Assembly (NCBI RefSeq): GCF_006345805.1
Contig: NC_042998.1
Coordinates: 199,020,001 to 199,084,000 of the forward strand
From: Octopus sinensis
Lineage: Eukaryota
Direction of reading: 5' to 3'
DNA length: 64,000 bases
Part shown: positions 50,998 through 64,000 of the stretch, piece by piece
How the letters are laid out: each line of letters begins with the position of its first letter
Position numbering within the stretch: the first letter of the stretch is position 1
Translations under genes and position numbers: made by a program
Notes under the pieces: generated by a model
What the model was told of the DNA's origin: nothing
The model's input: only the letters and a program-made list of their open reading frames with translations
Databases searched by the model: none

Positions 50998-51412
50998 TAG
51001 ACGCAAGCGTGGTTGTGTGGTAAGCAGTTTGTTTCCCAACCACATAATTACGGGCTCAGTCCCACTGCGTAGCACTTTGGGCAAGCGTCAGCTTCTATAA
51101 CCTCGGACCGACCAAAGCTGCGTCAATATATTTTGGTAGACTGAAACCGAAAGAAGGCCGTAGAATATATTGTGCATGTGGCGAGTGTGTGTGTATGTGC
51201 ACGTGTGTGTCTGCTTCTGTATTTGTATCCACAACTACTTGACAACCGGTGTTGGAGTGTTTACGTCTCTGTAACATACCAGTTCGGTTAAAGAAAGGCA
51301 TAAATTAAGTACCAGGCTTAAAAAAGAAAAGTAAGTGCTTGCATCGATTCATTCGACTAAAATTCTTCGAGACAGTGCCCCAGCATGGCCACAGTCTAAT
51401 GACACAAGCAAG
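50998..51412 (+). mobile_element. SINE family 2 copy
   Basis: Colinear with 7978-8388 (gtggttgtgtggtaag, cactttgggcaag, gaccaaagc, cagcatggccacagtc). Confidence 0.75.
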
Positions 51413-52458
51413 TAATATATAACATATGTATATATATACATATATAAATATAAAATACAAAATGGGACAAGAGCGCAAAACATCAAGATAGACGATACAA
51501 AAAACACGAACAGGTCATTCGAAGCCTTTAATCTTCAGTCAAGAAACGGATCATCCTCGTAATTTCGGCTGATTAATCTTGAGATTGCTTCAATCTGGCC
51601 AGCCCCAAGGAAAAACTAAGCTAAGAGCCTTAGATTCCTTGCGAAAAGGATCGAATGTATACGAAAGCAGGACAGAAAAACGGACGATGTTACACGAATA
51701 TAAATACAAAAAAGCAATAATAATAATAATAATAACAGAACATAACAACAGGCGTCTTTCGACTGGAAACGAATTGAATTCAGCTGGCGTATTGAGAATA
51801 AGCCTTACGACAGATGAAAAGAACGATGTTACCGTGCCCGTGGTCCGACGCAAAAGGGCTAGTCGGCCAGCGGTCACGTGAGAGAAGAGAGAGAAAAATA
51901 GAAGCAAAGGAATTAAGGAGGGGGAGAAGAAAGAGAGCGCGTAGACCGAAGAATCAAGGATTGCCGAGAAAAAAGAAAGACAGGGACAGCGAAGTGCAAA
52001 GTAAAAAAGGCAAAGAAATGTGAGAGAGGGGGGAGAGAGAGTGTGTTGAAGTCGTACAAAGTTTAGTGAAATGTGTACTTACATATAAGAGAACAAAGTG
52101 TACATAGCCGCTATATATATATGGTTGTTCAAATGATGAATAGCTTTGCGTAAACCATGGTCCGTTTTGTTCTCTTACTTTATTATCATCTTATAATCAT
52201 CTCATAATAATGACCTTTATGACTCGTATTTTTACCTCAATCAATCTAAATGTATATATTTGTCTTTACCTGTCATAAATAGCCTTTTTTTATTTGCAAA
52301 GTGCATTTTCGTTGATTTTTCATATTTTACCTTTACATTTCCACGTGTATTTTATATTTTCTTTTCGTAACATATTTCTACTATATATATATAATATATA
52401 TATATATTATATATATATATATATTATATATATATATATATATTATATATATATATAT

Positions 52459-52491
<33 letters not shown>

Positions 52492-52492
52492 G

Positions 52493-52783
52493 TGATACAC
52501 ATATGCCATTTGAATATGGCTAACCCATAAGGGTGGATGCTACTGTAGTTTGTAGCCCCAGGAAGATATCTCCTCCAGCTGGCCATAGACACACTATCTG
52601 TGTCCTGTCAGTATTTGTGAAGGGGAGTCATCCTCCCCGTCTTCAACACATGATACACACGTACCCGAGTTTCAAGGTGTTTACCTTTCATCAGCGTGTG
52701 ACAATCATGGTTGTCGATGAGAAGTCATATGTGCATCACGATGTGTTACCGCTACTGTTTATAACTCGCTCTGAGATTTATCA
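52493..52783. mobile_element. Candidate solo LTR (TGATA...TATCA) in (TA)n
   Basis: 291 bp of complex sequence with TG...CA 5-bp inverted termini between (TA)n tracts; no clean TSD. Confidence 0.4.
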
Positions 52784-53765
52784 AATATATATATATATAT
52801 ATAGTTACAAATATGTGGTGATATAATAAAGTATATGATTGAGTATTATCTTGTAATTGATATTTGATTTAGATGTATTTCTCCATTTTCTTATTTTGTA
52901 TATATATATATATATATAATATATATATATATAGTGTAATAAATAAAATATATGCATACATACAAACATATATGTACGTACCTACATCTACATGTATATA
53001 TACATGCATATATAAATATATATACGTGAGTACAGGACACCACAACTAGACGTAGAACTCAACGAGAAACGAAAACGGAAAAACCATTTTTTTACAACAG
53101 AAAAACAGAGTACATGACATACTACACAAGGAAAAATCCCCTTCATCAGCTGTCACTAGTTCGACTCTAGCGTGTTTCGAAGCCAAAAATGGGACAAGAA
53201 CGCAAAACAGCCAAACAGACGATATTTATATAATGATGTGTTTGAGGTAACAACTAATCGTATATTAATATATATTATCGTTTCACGTGTTGATCCAAAT
53301 TTATGTCCCCAAATGCGCTAAGAATGAAAGCACCTAGCTCTACTTAACAACCACTTAAAATCATTAGTATCTACTTAGATATCCAACTGAAACCATGATG
53401 TGCATTAATTATAATTTTTTAAAAAGTACAAATGGATCATCCGTCGGTTTAGGCGATAATGAGAGTCGCGGTTGTTCGAGCATCTGAAGTGCTTTTAATC
53501 ATAATTCATTGAATTAACGTCTAAGTGGCGGAGTATTCCTCAGGCATTTATACGCATAATGTAATCTTCAGGCAGAATCGGCATGTCACAATATGATGTA
53601 ATGAAGCGGCCTCTTTGAATCATACGTTCGGTCTATCATTCTTCTCTTTGCCTCTCTCTCTCCAATTCTCTTTCTCTCTTTCTCTCTCCATCTCTCTTTC
53701 TCTCTCTCTCTTTCCATCTCTCTCTCCATCTCTCTTTCTCTCTGTATCCCTATCTATTCATAGCA

Positions 53766-53898
53766 TAGATAGATAGATAGATAGATAGATATATAGATAG
53801 ATAGATAGATAGATAGACAGACGGACATACAGACAGACATACATACATACAGACAGACAGTCAGACAGACATACAGACAGACAGACAGACAGACAGAC

Positions 53899-53986
<88 letters not shown>
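53766..53986. repeat. (GATA/GACA)n microsatellite, no LINE inserted
   Basis: Directly visible. Confidence 0.95.
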
Positions 53987-53988
<2 letters not shown>

Positions 53989-54538
53989 GTTATGTTATAT
54001 CAACACAAGAAGAGTGGTGTTACATGAATTCGAAGTATCAGGCTGCAAGCATTCGTCGGACTGTGAAGGCTAGCAGACCAAATCTTCGAAGTCACTATCA
54101 ACACTCTTCTAGTAATAATATAATAAATATGTACTCTACAAAACGTATTCAGAAATTCTTCGTTTTACGCAAAATTATTTATATTATGACTCAAACATAA
54201 AAGCATTAATACTTTTGTATAGATATATATGTGTATATATATATATATATATATAATTGAAGCGTGGAAGGTGTTTTTAAGCCATTTAAAACACACAAAA
54301 AACCGTTAGATTCATTTCAAAGTTTAAATTTAATTTGCCAAAATATTTCCGTTGCTTTGAGAGCACGACCTGGTCACTGACAGATCGTTCATTTACATTA
54401 TCACATTATCATGTGATAGAGAAAAGGAGGAAGAAAAGCAGAAAGAAAAGGGAAAAAGTAAACAAAGAAAATAAAGGGGGAAAAGGAAAGAAAATTCATA
54501 GCGACAATGCTCTGATTATTATTATTATTATTATTATT

Positions 54539-54616
54539 CAGTAGTTTTATTTTTATAGCGTGCTTTCACTTCACTACCGAGCACAGCTCTGTGTGCCTTG
54601 GGTATGTGCTGTGATT
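54539..54616 (-). mobile_element. Short non-repetitive insert in (TTA)n, probable 3' terminus of an R4/Dong-like element
   Basis: 78 bp flanked by TTA on both sides; identity inferred from context only. Confidence 0.35.
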
Positions 54617-54627
54617 TATTATTATTA

Positions 54628-54680
<53 letters not shown>

Positions 54681-54682
<2 letters not shown>

Positions 54683-55158
54683 CCATTATTATTTTCTCCC
54701 TTCTTTCTTCAAATTTTCTTCCGTTTCTCGCCGAGTGTTTTCCGTACACCTAGGGCAGAGAAGCTCATTGTATGCATTCCCAGATTACACGCGCAAATTC
54801 ACAGATAAAATATGTATTTAAAAATTAATAAATAAATAAATTCATGGATGGATGTGTTTTCACAGCGATAATGTTCTTCTCAGTACATGAGCTGTTCCAG
54901 TTAATACGATTTTTTGCACTTCCTGTAGGGATGGTGAGCCTGGAATCATTTTCAAATAGGTTTCATTACCTTTTTTATATCATTCCTAGAGATCCTACAA
55001 TCACTGGTACTGTAGTCGCCTTGAGATGCCACATTTTTTTTCAATTTCTATTAGCAAGTCTTTATATATATACTGATCTTGTCAAATTCTTTCGCCGCTA
55101 TATTGTGATTGCAAGGAATACTCATGTCAATTAATAAACACATCTTTTTTGTCTGATC
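54681..55158 (-). mobile_element. R4/Dong-like LINE 3' fragment (RLE C-terminus 54860-55158 plus 3' UTR), family X
   Basis: Minus strand DQTKKMCLLIDMSIPCNHNIAAKEFDKIS.YKDLLIEI..MWHLKATTVPVIVGSLGMI..EVQKIVLTGTAHVLRRTLSL*. Confidence 0.85.
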
Positions 55159-55243
55159 TTCTTCTTCTTCTTCTTATTATTATTATTTTTTTATTTTTTT
55201 TTATTATTATTATTATTATTATATATTATTATTATTATTATTA

Positions 55244-55286
<43 letters not shown>

Positions 55287-55306
55287 CATTATTATTATTA
55301 TTATCA

Positions 55307-55338
<32 letters not shown>

Positions 55339-55363
55339 TATTATATTATTATTATTTATTATT

Positions 55364-55452
55364 CTATGTTTGACTTTTGCTTTATGTCTGTACAAGTTGG
55401 CTCCAAATCTCACCCAGAGACCTCAAGAGACAACAGGTTGGAAGTTCATGTT
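55364..55452 (-). mobile_element. ~90-bp 3' terminus of an R4/Dong-like element
   Basis: Minus strand tctcttgaggtctctgggtgagatttgg parallels tctctccgaggtccttgttgtgacttga at the ORF end of the 55503 copy; TTA on both sides. Confidence 0.5.
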
Positions 55453-55453
55453 G

Positions 55454-55502
<49 letters not shown>

Positions 55503-55505
<3 letters not shown>

Positions 55506-57335
55506 GTCGCACAGTATACAATATCGTGAGGTTGTTGATTGAAGATATTGTGTCTACCGGGGCTTTGCACTGATTGTCAAGTCACAACAAGGACCTCGGA
55601 GAGACAGTACTTTACGCAATATGCTTGCAATTCCAAGTAGTCCCGACTTCTGCAATACAACTAGACTGTAGATTATTTCTAAAGTTTTCAGATGTTTTTT
55701 TTTCAGATAGGACAGTATTGAATCCAATAATCTAATGAAAATAGGGGTAACCTTTATATTTGAATCTCGTAGTTGTCACATCTTAGCGATCTCAATTCTC
55801 GGCTTTCCATATTTATTAATCTTTTCTCTTTCTTTTATGGGGATATGTTGATCTGGCACTACCACGTCAATTGTTAGACACTCTTGTTTGTCCCCCCTAA
55901 AGGTTACTATATCCGGCCTTCGGTGCTCTAATAACTTGTTTGTCTGGAAGTCAAAGTCCCAGAGGATTTTTGCCTTCCCCTTTTCGACCACTACCTTTTT
56001 CGGTGTATGTTGGTACCAAGCACCCGAAACCTCATATCCATACTTGCGGTATGGTAGCCAGTGGAGGTTTTGGGCTACCTTGTCGTGTCTACGCTTGTAA
56101 TCTTTCTGTGCAAGACTTTCACAAACACTAACAGTGTGAGTCACGCTTTCGACCCTCTTCCCTCACATTCTACAGAGGTCCGTTGCACTTGTGTGGTATA
56201 TATTCTTTTACACTGAGTTGGTATTCAATGCCTGGTCCTGGGCAGCGATGGTTAGGTTTTCAGTATTCTTTTTGAGGTCACCCTTGTTAAGCCACATCAA
56301 CGATGCTTCCTGGTTTTGAATTTGTTGGTTTCACTTTGGAACTGACCATGTAATTCTATACATAGTAGGGTTTATTCTCTCTCGTTGGTTGCTCTTGTTC
56401 GGAATTCATTGAGCACTCACAAGTCAATTTTTGTTAAATCCTTCTGCATTAGCAGTATACTGTAGCAGGTCTTTTTGCTGTTTACCAAATATTCTGTCAT
56501 GTTCTTCTTTCACTGTTGATGCACTCCCGTTCGCTAATCAACCAACGTCCACCTTTCCTCTTCTTCATGTAGAGCCTGTGTACATTCGCCTTAGGATGGA
56601 GAGCACCATACATTGTATTTGTCTTTCTGGTAGTGCAATCGAGTTGGTTAATCTCCCCTTGTGTCCATTTCAGGATGGGTGCCCTATAGCGGGATACAGC
56701 AACCCCTCATATGTTGATGGCTGTCACAAGGTTCCTTGAGTTGAACTTTGATTCCAAGAGAAGTTTAAAGCACTTGAAATATGCGGTGATGACCTTATCT
56801 TTTATTTCTTTATGCAATATATTGTCTAGCTCCAGGATGTCAAGGTACTTGTACCCATCCTGATCTGGGTCTTCCATTCTCTCTCCGTTTGCCAATTCTA
56901 TGCCCCTACAATTTACACTTTTCCCCCCGCTTCAAAGTAAGCACCGCACACTTCGAGATATCGAATTCCATCCCTATATCCTTGCTGCACATTTTAACAG
57001 TCTCAACCAGCCTCTCCATTTCAGGCTCTGTTTTTACGAACAGTTTTAAATCATCCATGAAGAGAAGATGCTTGAGACGAGGTCCATTATTTCTCAGCTC
57101 GTGGTGCGCGTTGACTTTGCGTAGGACCACAGAAAGTAGGATCAAGGCAATAACAAATAACAGAGGTGAACAAGAGTCTCCCTGGAAGATACCTCTTTTG
57201 ATTGTTACCTCGGCTAAGTGCTGGTTGTTACAGGAAATACGTGTTTTCCAACTAGGCATGCTGTTCTTAATCAGTGCACACACGTTCTCAGCTATTCCAC
57301 ACATATCGAGTGCTTCCAAAATCCACGAAGGCGGA
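55503..57335 (-). mobile_element. R4/Dong-clade RLE-type LINE, 5'-truncated and decayed, family Y
   Basis: RT GIFQGDSCSPLLF, HLLFMDDLKLF, YKYL; degenerate CCHC plus RRHDKVA; RLE ILWDFDFQT..HRRPDIV..IDVVVP..KEREKINKY; terminal QKSGLLGIASILRKVLSL; (TAA)n on both sides. Confidence 0.9.
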
Positions 57336-57341
57336 TTATCA

Positions 57342-57384
<43 letters not shown>

Positions 57385-57422
57385 TATTATTATTATTATT
57401 ATCATCATCATTATTATTATTA

Positions 57423-57467
<45 letters not shown>

Positions 57468-57478
57468 CATTATTGTTA

Positions 57479-57661
57479 AGGTGGCGATCTGGTAGAATCG
57501 TTAGCACGCCGGGCGAAATGCTTAGCGGTACTTCGCCCGTCGCTACATTCTGAGTTCAAAATCCGCCGAAGTCGACTTTGCCTTTCATCCTTTCGAGGTC
57601 GATACGATAAATACTCATCCACTCCCCCAAAATTGCTACCCTTGTGGCAAAATCTGAAACC
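57479..57661 (+). mobile_element. Old SINE family 1 head/core with alternative tail
   Basis: aggtggcgatctggtagaatcgttagcacgccgggcgaaatgcttagcgg..; tail ccccaaaattgctacccttgtggcaaaatctgaaacc then TTA. Confidence 0.7.
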
Positions 57662-57819
57662 ATTATTATTGTTGTTGCTGCTGCTGCTCTTGTTGTTTTT
57701 GTTGTTAATTCCACTACTTAACTGGAATTAATTTAACAACGATATCAACAATAACAACAAGGTTGAACCAATTCGAGTAAATTCATAGCACTGTACCTAC
57801 GTTATACATGTACTAATTA

Positions 57820-58237
57820 AGGCGGCGAGCTGGCAGAAACGTTAGCATGCCGGGCAAAATGCTTAGCGGTATTTCGTCTGCCGTTACGTTCTGAGTTCAA
57901 TTTCCGCCGAGGTCGACTTTGCCTGCCATCTTTTCGGGGTCGATAAATTAAGTACCAGTTACGCACTGGAGTCGATGTCATGGATTTAATCCGTTTGTCT
58001 GTCCTTGCTTGTCCCCTCTGTGTTTAGCCCTTTGTGGGTAGTAAAAGAAATAGGTATTTCATCTGCCGTTATGTTTTGAGTTCAAATTCCGCCGAGGTCG
58101 ACTTTGCCTGTCATCCTTTCGGGGTCGATAAATTAAGGACCAGTTACGCACTGGAGTCGATGTAATCGAATTAATCCGTTTGTCTGTCCTTGTTTGTCCC
58201 CTCTGTGTTTAGCCCCTTTGTGGGCAGTAAAGAAATA
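57820..58237 (+). mobile_element. SINE family 1 head plus two body units, TSD-flanked
   Basis: tatacatgtactaatta (57803-57819) / tatactgtactaatta (58238-58253). Confidence 0.9.
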
Positions 58238-59068
58238 TATACTGTACTAATTATATGTTTGTCATGGAAGGAAGGCCAGTGTCCATCTCTTTTTCTGGCT
58301 GTTGAGATTAGTGCCATAGATTCCAAGGAGACAGGTTTTTGATCTGAATGCTTGCAACTGTGAATTCCGCTAAAGCCACAGAAGGAGCAGTTTGTGGTGG
58401 TCTTCCTTATCGTTGATTTCTCTCCCCAAGCTTATCGTTAATGAACAGAACTGTGATAAAATGAGTTCAAACTATGATCATTATGAATTCGTGTATCTGT
58501 GACTACTATTTCAGTTGTCAATTCAATTTTTTTTAAAAATTAAGTGTAATTTGAAAGAGATTTCGCTGCTATATCTAGTTGGTTCAATAACCACATAGAG
58601 GCACAACCATTGGTTTGTGGTGTTAAATAAAGCGGTATGTTATGGCTAACATGTATACGTAAGGTCTCCTTGCTCATAGGACATGGCGAGCGAACTATGC
58701 ACACGGATATAAGAGCTTATGTAACACCAATGTCTCAATTCAGTAGTAGATAATCTGCTGCATTACTGCGTTCATTACCCTCAGCAAATATGGAAATATA
58801 TCGATTAGAATAACGTAGAAATATAGCAGAAGATATGCAAAGAATTAGAGACGGGCGATCTACATACAATTAGTAGCCTGACCTTATATCAAGCACGAAA
58901 ACCTAACCGGATGTGAATAGGAAAGCAGACAAGCCTTTTCTGGAAGCTGATTGGAAGAAGGCACGAAAAGTGTGGGCGGTTGGACTGTCCGGTGTATATT
59001 TTGTTTTTAATGGATTAAGAAAAAGATACCATCAAATTCTATAGCATATGTATATGTATGTATGTATG

Positions 59069-59128
<60 letters not shown>

Positions 59129-59166
59129 GTAATATATATATATATATATAGTTTTAAAACATATTC

Positions 59167-59197
<31 letters not shown>

Positions 59198-59786
59198 ATA
59201 TATATACCTATATTTATATAAATGTGTGTATATATATATATATATATATATTGTGTGTGTGCGTGCGTGCGTGCGTGTGTGTATGTGTGCGTGTATATGT
59301 GTGTGTTCAAACTATTGCTCGTTTCTGTATTTCCTTCTCTTTACTTCTTGTTTAAAGTAATATATATCTCTATATATTTATATATCCCTTACTTTTCTCA
59401 ACCTGCCTCTCTCTCTCTCTCTCTCTCACTATCTATTTGCGCATATATATAAGCACTCACATATGTATGCATGTATGTATGTATGTATGTATGTATGTAT
59501 GTATGTATGTATGCATGAATGCATGTTTCTATGTATGTAAGTACTCAGACATATACATATATACACGCGTATACATAAACGTACATTTTTTCTAAAGCAC
59601 ATATTTACACACGCATACAAATATTTGTATATTTTTATGTTTCTTCATCTCTCTGTTTTTCTTTCTCTCTCTCCTTCTCTGCCTTTCTCTCTCTCTCCCT
59701 CTCTCTTTCTCTGAGTAAATACATATATGTGTGTGTGTGTGCATAATATGTATTTGTATCCGTGTATGTATATATATATATGTATG

Positions 59787-59817
<31 letters not shown>

Positions 59818-59818
59818 G

Positions 59819-59866
<48 letters not shown>

Positions 59867-59954
59867 TGTATGTATGTATGTATGTATGTGTATGTATGTA
59901 TGTATGTATGTATGTGTGTATGTATGTATGTATGTATGTATGTGTGTATGTATG

Positions 59955-59988
<34 letters not shown>

Positions 59989-60345
59989 TGTATGTATGTA
60001 TGTATATATATGTATGTATGAATGTGTATGTGTTGTTATGTGTGTGCTTCCGTATGCACTTATGAATTTTGTTCCCGGATGAAGAAAAATGTTCTACCAA
60101 CAGAATGTCAGCTTTTCTTGGCAAAAAATCAAAGACAAAACAAGGAAAGCGCAGCCCGCGTAGAATACGGAAAATACGAAGGTGGGGGTGGGAAAAAGAA
60201 AAGGAAGATATTTGCTCATTAATTGATATTTGTCCATGAACAATGAAATTTAATACCAACTGGACATTAATTGATAAATAATCCTGTTTGATTTTCATTC
60301 ACATGACATGCATGGTCTCACACACACGCTCATATCACTCACAGA

Positions 60346-60405
<60 letters not shown>

Positions 60406-60407
60406 AT

Positions 60408-60501
<94 letters not shown>

Positions 60502-61313
60502 GATACGTATATATATATATATAGATACATATATATATATACATATATGTATACATACATATATATACATATATTTATGTATCTATGTATAAGTATGTCT
60601 ATATATATATATGTGTGTGTATGTATGCATGTGCGTGTGTAAGTGTATGTATGTATGTATGCATGTATGTATGTATGTATGTATGTATGTATGTATGTAT
60701 GCATGTATGTCTGAGAATATGCAAATAATTTCCGTGATAGCCTCATTAATTCGTAACTCAGCCGCAATCAAGCGAAAGTATTTACTTTATACCAAAGTAG
60801 AAGGGTTATCAACTTCGGACTCGTATAAGTCATCCGATTACATTAGACTAGTTTATCATCTCAGACCTTGGTACACCGGTCTATCGCTTTATATTATGGT
60901 ATATTGGCTTCTCTCTTTTCACAGCAGTATACTGAGTTATTGTTTAAACATTAGACGGTAATATACTTTTGTATTACATTATACTGTAATACATTGGTTT
61001 ACAACTTTATACTGTGGATAACTCATTTATCACGATGTTCTCTGGTATACTATGTATTGGTATCACTGTGTATTGTGGTATACAAGCTTATCACATTACA
61101 ATGTAGTGTACTGATTTGCAACATTATAACGGTGGTATATTGGTTTAAAACATTCGAACTGTGGCATACTGGTCTATCTTTTTATATTGCTTTAAGCTAT
61201 TACCTTATAAACCGGTATACAAAGCTATCGACTTCGATTACAGTATACTTGTCTATAATTTTATAGTGTGGTGTCCTTGGCTATTACATTAACCTGCGGT
61301 ATTCTCGTCCAGA

Positions 61314-61548
61314 AGGCGGCAGAAGGCTGGCAGAAACGTTAGCACGCCGGGCGAAATGCGTAGCCGTATTTCGTCTCCCGCTACGTTCTGAGTTCAAATT
61401 CCGCCGAGGTCGACTTTTTCTTTCATCCTTTCGGGGTCGATAAATTAAGTACCAGTCACGCACTGGGGTCGATGTAATCGACTTAATCCCTTTGTCTGCC
61501 CTTGTTTGTCCCCTCTATGTTTAGCCCCTTGTGGGCAATAAAGAAATA
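61314..61548 (+). mobile_element. SINE family 1 monomer inserted in the satellite
   Basis: Full head, body and tail; flanked by ggtattctcgtccaga / ggtatactgcaccagc (possible degenerate TSD). Confidence 0.9.
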
Positions 61549-62453
61549 GGTATACTGCACCAGCACCTTCTTACTGTTGTCTGCTCACCTGCCACCTTAG
61601 AACATTCTACACAGTTCTATCACTTTGTACTCTGATTAACTGAACTATTAATTAACAGTTTGATCTATCACCTTAGACAGGTGAAGGATAAAAGCACAAG
61701 GCTATTAAAACTATCACATTACACCATGGTGTAAAAATCTATCATTTTGTACTGTCATGTACAACTCTACCACCTCAGGCTGGGTTATCACTCTATACTG
61801 TGGTATAATAGATTATCATATTAGACGATTAAGTATTTGTCTACCACATCATTGTGTAGTATATGGATTTACTGTGGTATACTGGTCTATGATTTAATTC
61901 AGTGTATAATTGTTTACCTCTTTATAATGTAGCATACTGGTTTGCCTCTTTAGACTGTAATATGCTGGTTTAATTTAGGGCATGGTCTATATTGGGACAC
62001 TCTGTTCTATCACTTTAGATTGAGTCACAATGGTCTATCTCTTACACTGTAGTATACTTGGTCTACACTTAATAATGTGATATACTAGACCTTCACATGA
62101 GACCGCGTTGTATGGTGGTTTATTTCTTCACGATGTCTTAAATGTGCTGTCACATTATTCTCTGGTATACTATAATGTGATGGTCGATCAAATTTCACTA
62201 TTGTATATTGTGGTATACCACTTTACACAATGGGATACTAGGCTTTCATAGTAGATTCTGCTACTCTTGTCTATCACTTTACACTACGGTATAGTTGTCT
62301 ACCACCTGAGATAACTATGTATTATTCTGGTCTTTCACTTTAGTCAGTTGTATACTAGTTTAAGAGAATTCACAAAAAACAAACAAACGACGAAGACAGG
62401 TGGCGTACAAAACAAACAGATGTATTAGTATAACGCTCAGGAATAGAAAAAGT

Positions 62454-62488
62454 CTTTTACGTTTCGAGCCTACGCTCTTCTACAGAAA
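62454..62488 (-). ncRNA. Minimal hammerhead-like motif inside an A-rich insert (~62364-62552)
   Basis: Minus strand CTTT CTGTAGAA GAGC gtag GCTC GAAAC GTA|AAAG; core position A6 appears mutated. Confidence 0.45.
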
Positions 62489-64000
62489 GGGACACAGAAA
62501 AAACAAGGTGAGAAACAAGGAGAGAAAATAGGGAGAGAAAAAAAGGAGAATTTAGCTCTATATTCTAAGGTATACTGATCTACTACTTTAGACTGTGGCA
62601 TACGTATCTAGTGTACTTGGGTTTTTTTCACGTTAGACTCTATACATGCCTAACATTTTATAATGTAGTGCAATTGTGAATCAATTTTGCCTGTGGTATA
62701 TTTGTTTATCACTTTAGAATGTGATTTACTGGTATATTACATTTTAGTTTTGTAAACTGGTTTATAATTTAAACTATGCTTTCAGTATACAGTATATTGG
62801 TTTAACACTGTATTGTGATATTGTCTGTCACATTATACGGCTACGTTATACTGTGGTGTACAGTACTATCTCTTTAGACCAGTGAACACAGAATAGCTAC
62901 ATAATACTATAGTATACAATTTAACAATGCAATGCTTCTCTTTCTCTCTCTCTTTCTCACTCTCTCTCTCTCTCTTTCTTACTCACTCTCTCTCCTTCTA
63001 TACTGTGGTATACTCGTCTATTCCATCAACCCCTTTTTTACAATAATATATTTATCTGTACCCTGTATAACGTGGTATACTGGTCTGTCCTTTTAAGCAG
63101 TGGGATATTGGTCTATCACTTTACACAGCATTATACCTTAGACTGTGGTAATAGACTGAGTCTATTAGTTTATACTTTACTATACTGGTCTACCACTTTC
63201 GACATTGATATACTGTGTAATTGATATACTAGAATATCACCTTATAATGTGTTATACGCGTTTACAAATCTATTACTTTAGTCTATGAAATACTGGTCTA
63301 TCATTTTAGACTATTGTATACTTGTCTGGCACATTAAACTGAAGGATTCTAAACTACCACTTAGAATATACTCGTTTAACATTCTACTGGGATATATTGG
63401 TCTATAATATAAAAATGGTCTATTACTTTAGCCTGTGGTATCCTGAGATATCATTTTAGGCTGTGATAAACTGTGTTATCACTTCAAACTATGATATACT
63501 AGTCTATCACATTAATCTCGAGTCTCCTAGGCTCTCGCTTTAGTTCGTATTTTTTTTTATTTACAACATTATACTGTGATATTTTGATATACCACTTTAG
63601 ACTTTGGTATACTGGGCTATGGTATACTTGTATATGAATTTACTCTATAGCATACTGGGATACCATGAGTTTTAAACTGCTTTATACTAGTTTAAACTAC
63701 TTTATACTGGTTTAAACTGCTTTATACTGGTTGTACTCCCCTTAACTTATTGTATACTGTTCTCTCACTTCAGATTGTGGTGCACTTGTCTATCACCTTA
63801 GAATATAGTACACTAGTCTATCTCTCTATACTCTCGTAAATAGAGCATCACTTTGGACTGTGCTATACTGGTATATCACCTTAGACTGTTACTCTATATT
63901 GTTGTATATATTTACTTTATACTTTGGCACAATGGATTTTCACTTCAGAGTAGCATACTGTTCTTTTACTATGCAATAGTAAACTGATTTATCACTTTCG

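Larger units (their letters stand above)
60780..64000. repeat. Degenerate ~28-bp satellite (consensus by eye ACTGTGGTATACTGGTCTATCACTTTAG), runs off window end
   Basis: Recurring tgtggtata, ctggtctatcacttta and ttagactgt motifs over more than 3 kb. Confidence 0.8.

Noticed and set aside
53100-53185. CTGATGAAGGGG on the minus strand as a hammerhead ribozyme
   Set aside because: No downstream stem II closure followed by GAAA and NUH.

Overview
This is AT-rich, microsatellite-laden eukaryotic DNA. The repeat inventory suggests an octopod cephalopod (inference). I find no convincing host protein-coding gene; most ORFs in the track are translations of microsatellites. The dominant structure is a set of microsatellite-associated non-LTR retrotransposons. 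(1) A Tx1/L1-clade LINE sits in (GATA)n tracts, always in the same orientation and with no poly(A) tail. There is one isolated copy (9861-13245) and a head-to-tail array of four copies (39979-50793). The array includes a full-length ~6.15 kb element (zinc-knuckle ORF1; APE-RT-CCHC ORF2) and two copies with fold-back inverted duplications at their 5' junctions. (2) R4/Dong-like elements with a restriction-like endonuclease (RLE) are stacked in a (TAA)n tract (54.5-57.5 kb). (3) A tRNA-derived SINE has a 3' tail matching the Tx1 3' end and occurs as head+(body)n concatemers, each bracketed by a single target-site duplication (TSD). (4) A second SINE shares its tail with a CR1-like LINE. Also present: Penelope-like relics with minimal hammerhead ribozyme motifs, two decayed mariner-like copies, an RTE fragment, a Helitron-type non-autonomous element, palindromes and several minisatellites. 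Coordinates and identity counts were read by eye and may be off by a few bases. No database searches were run.
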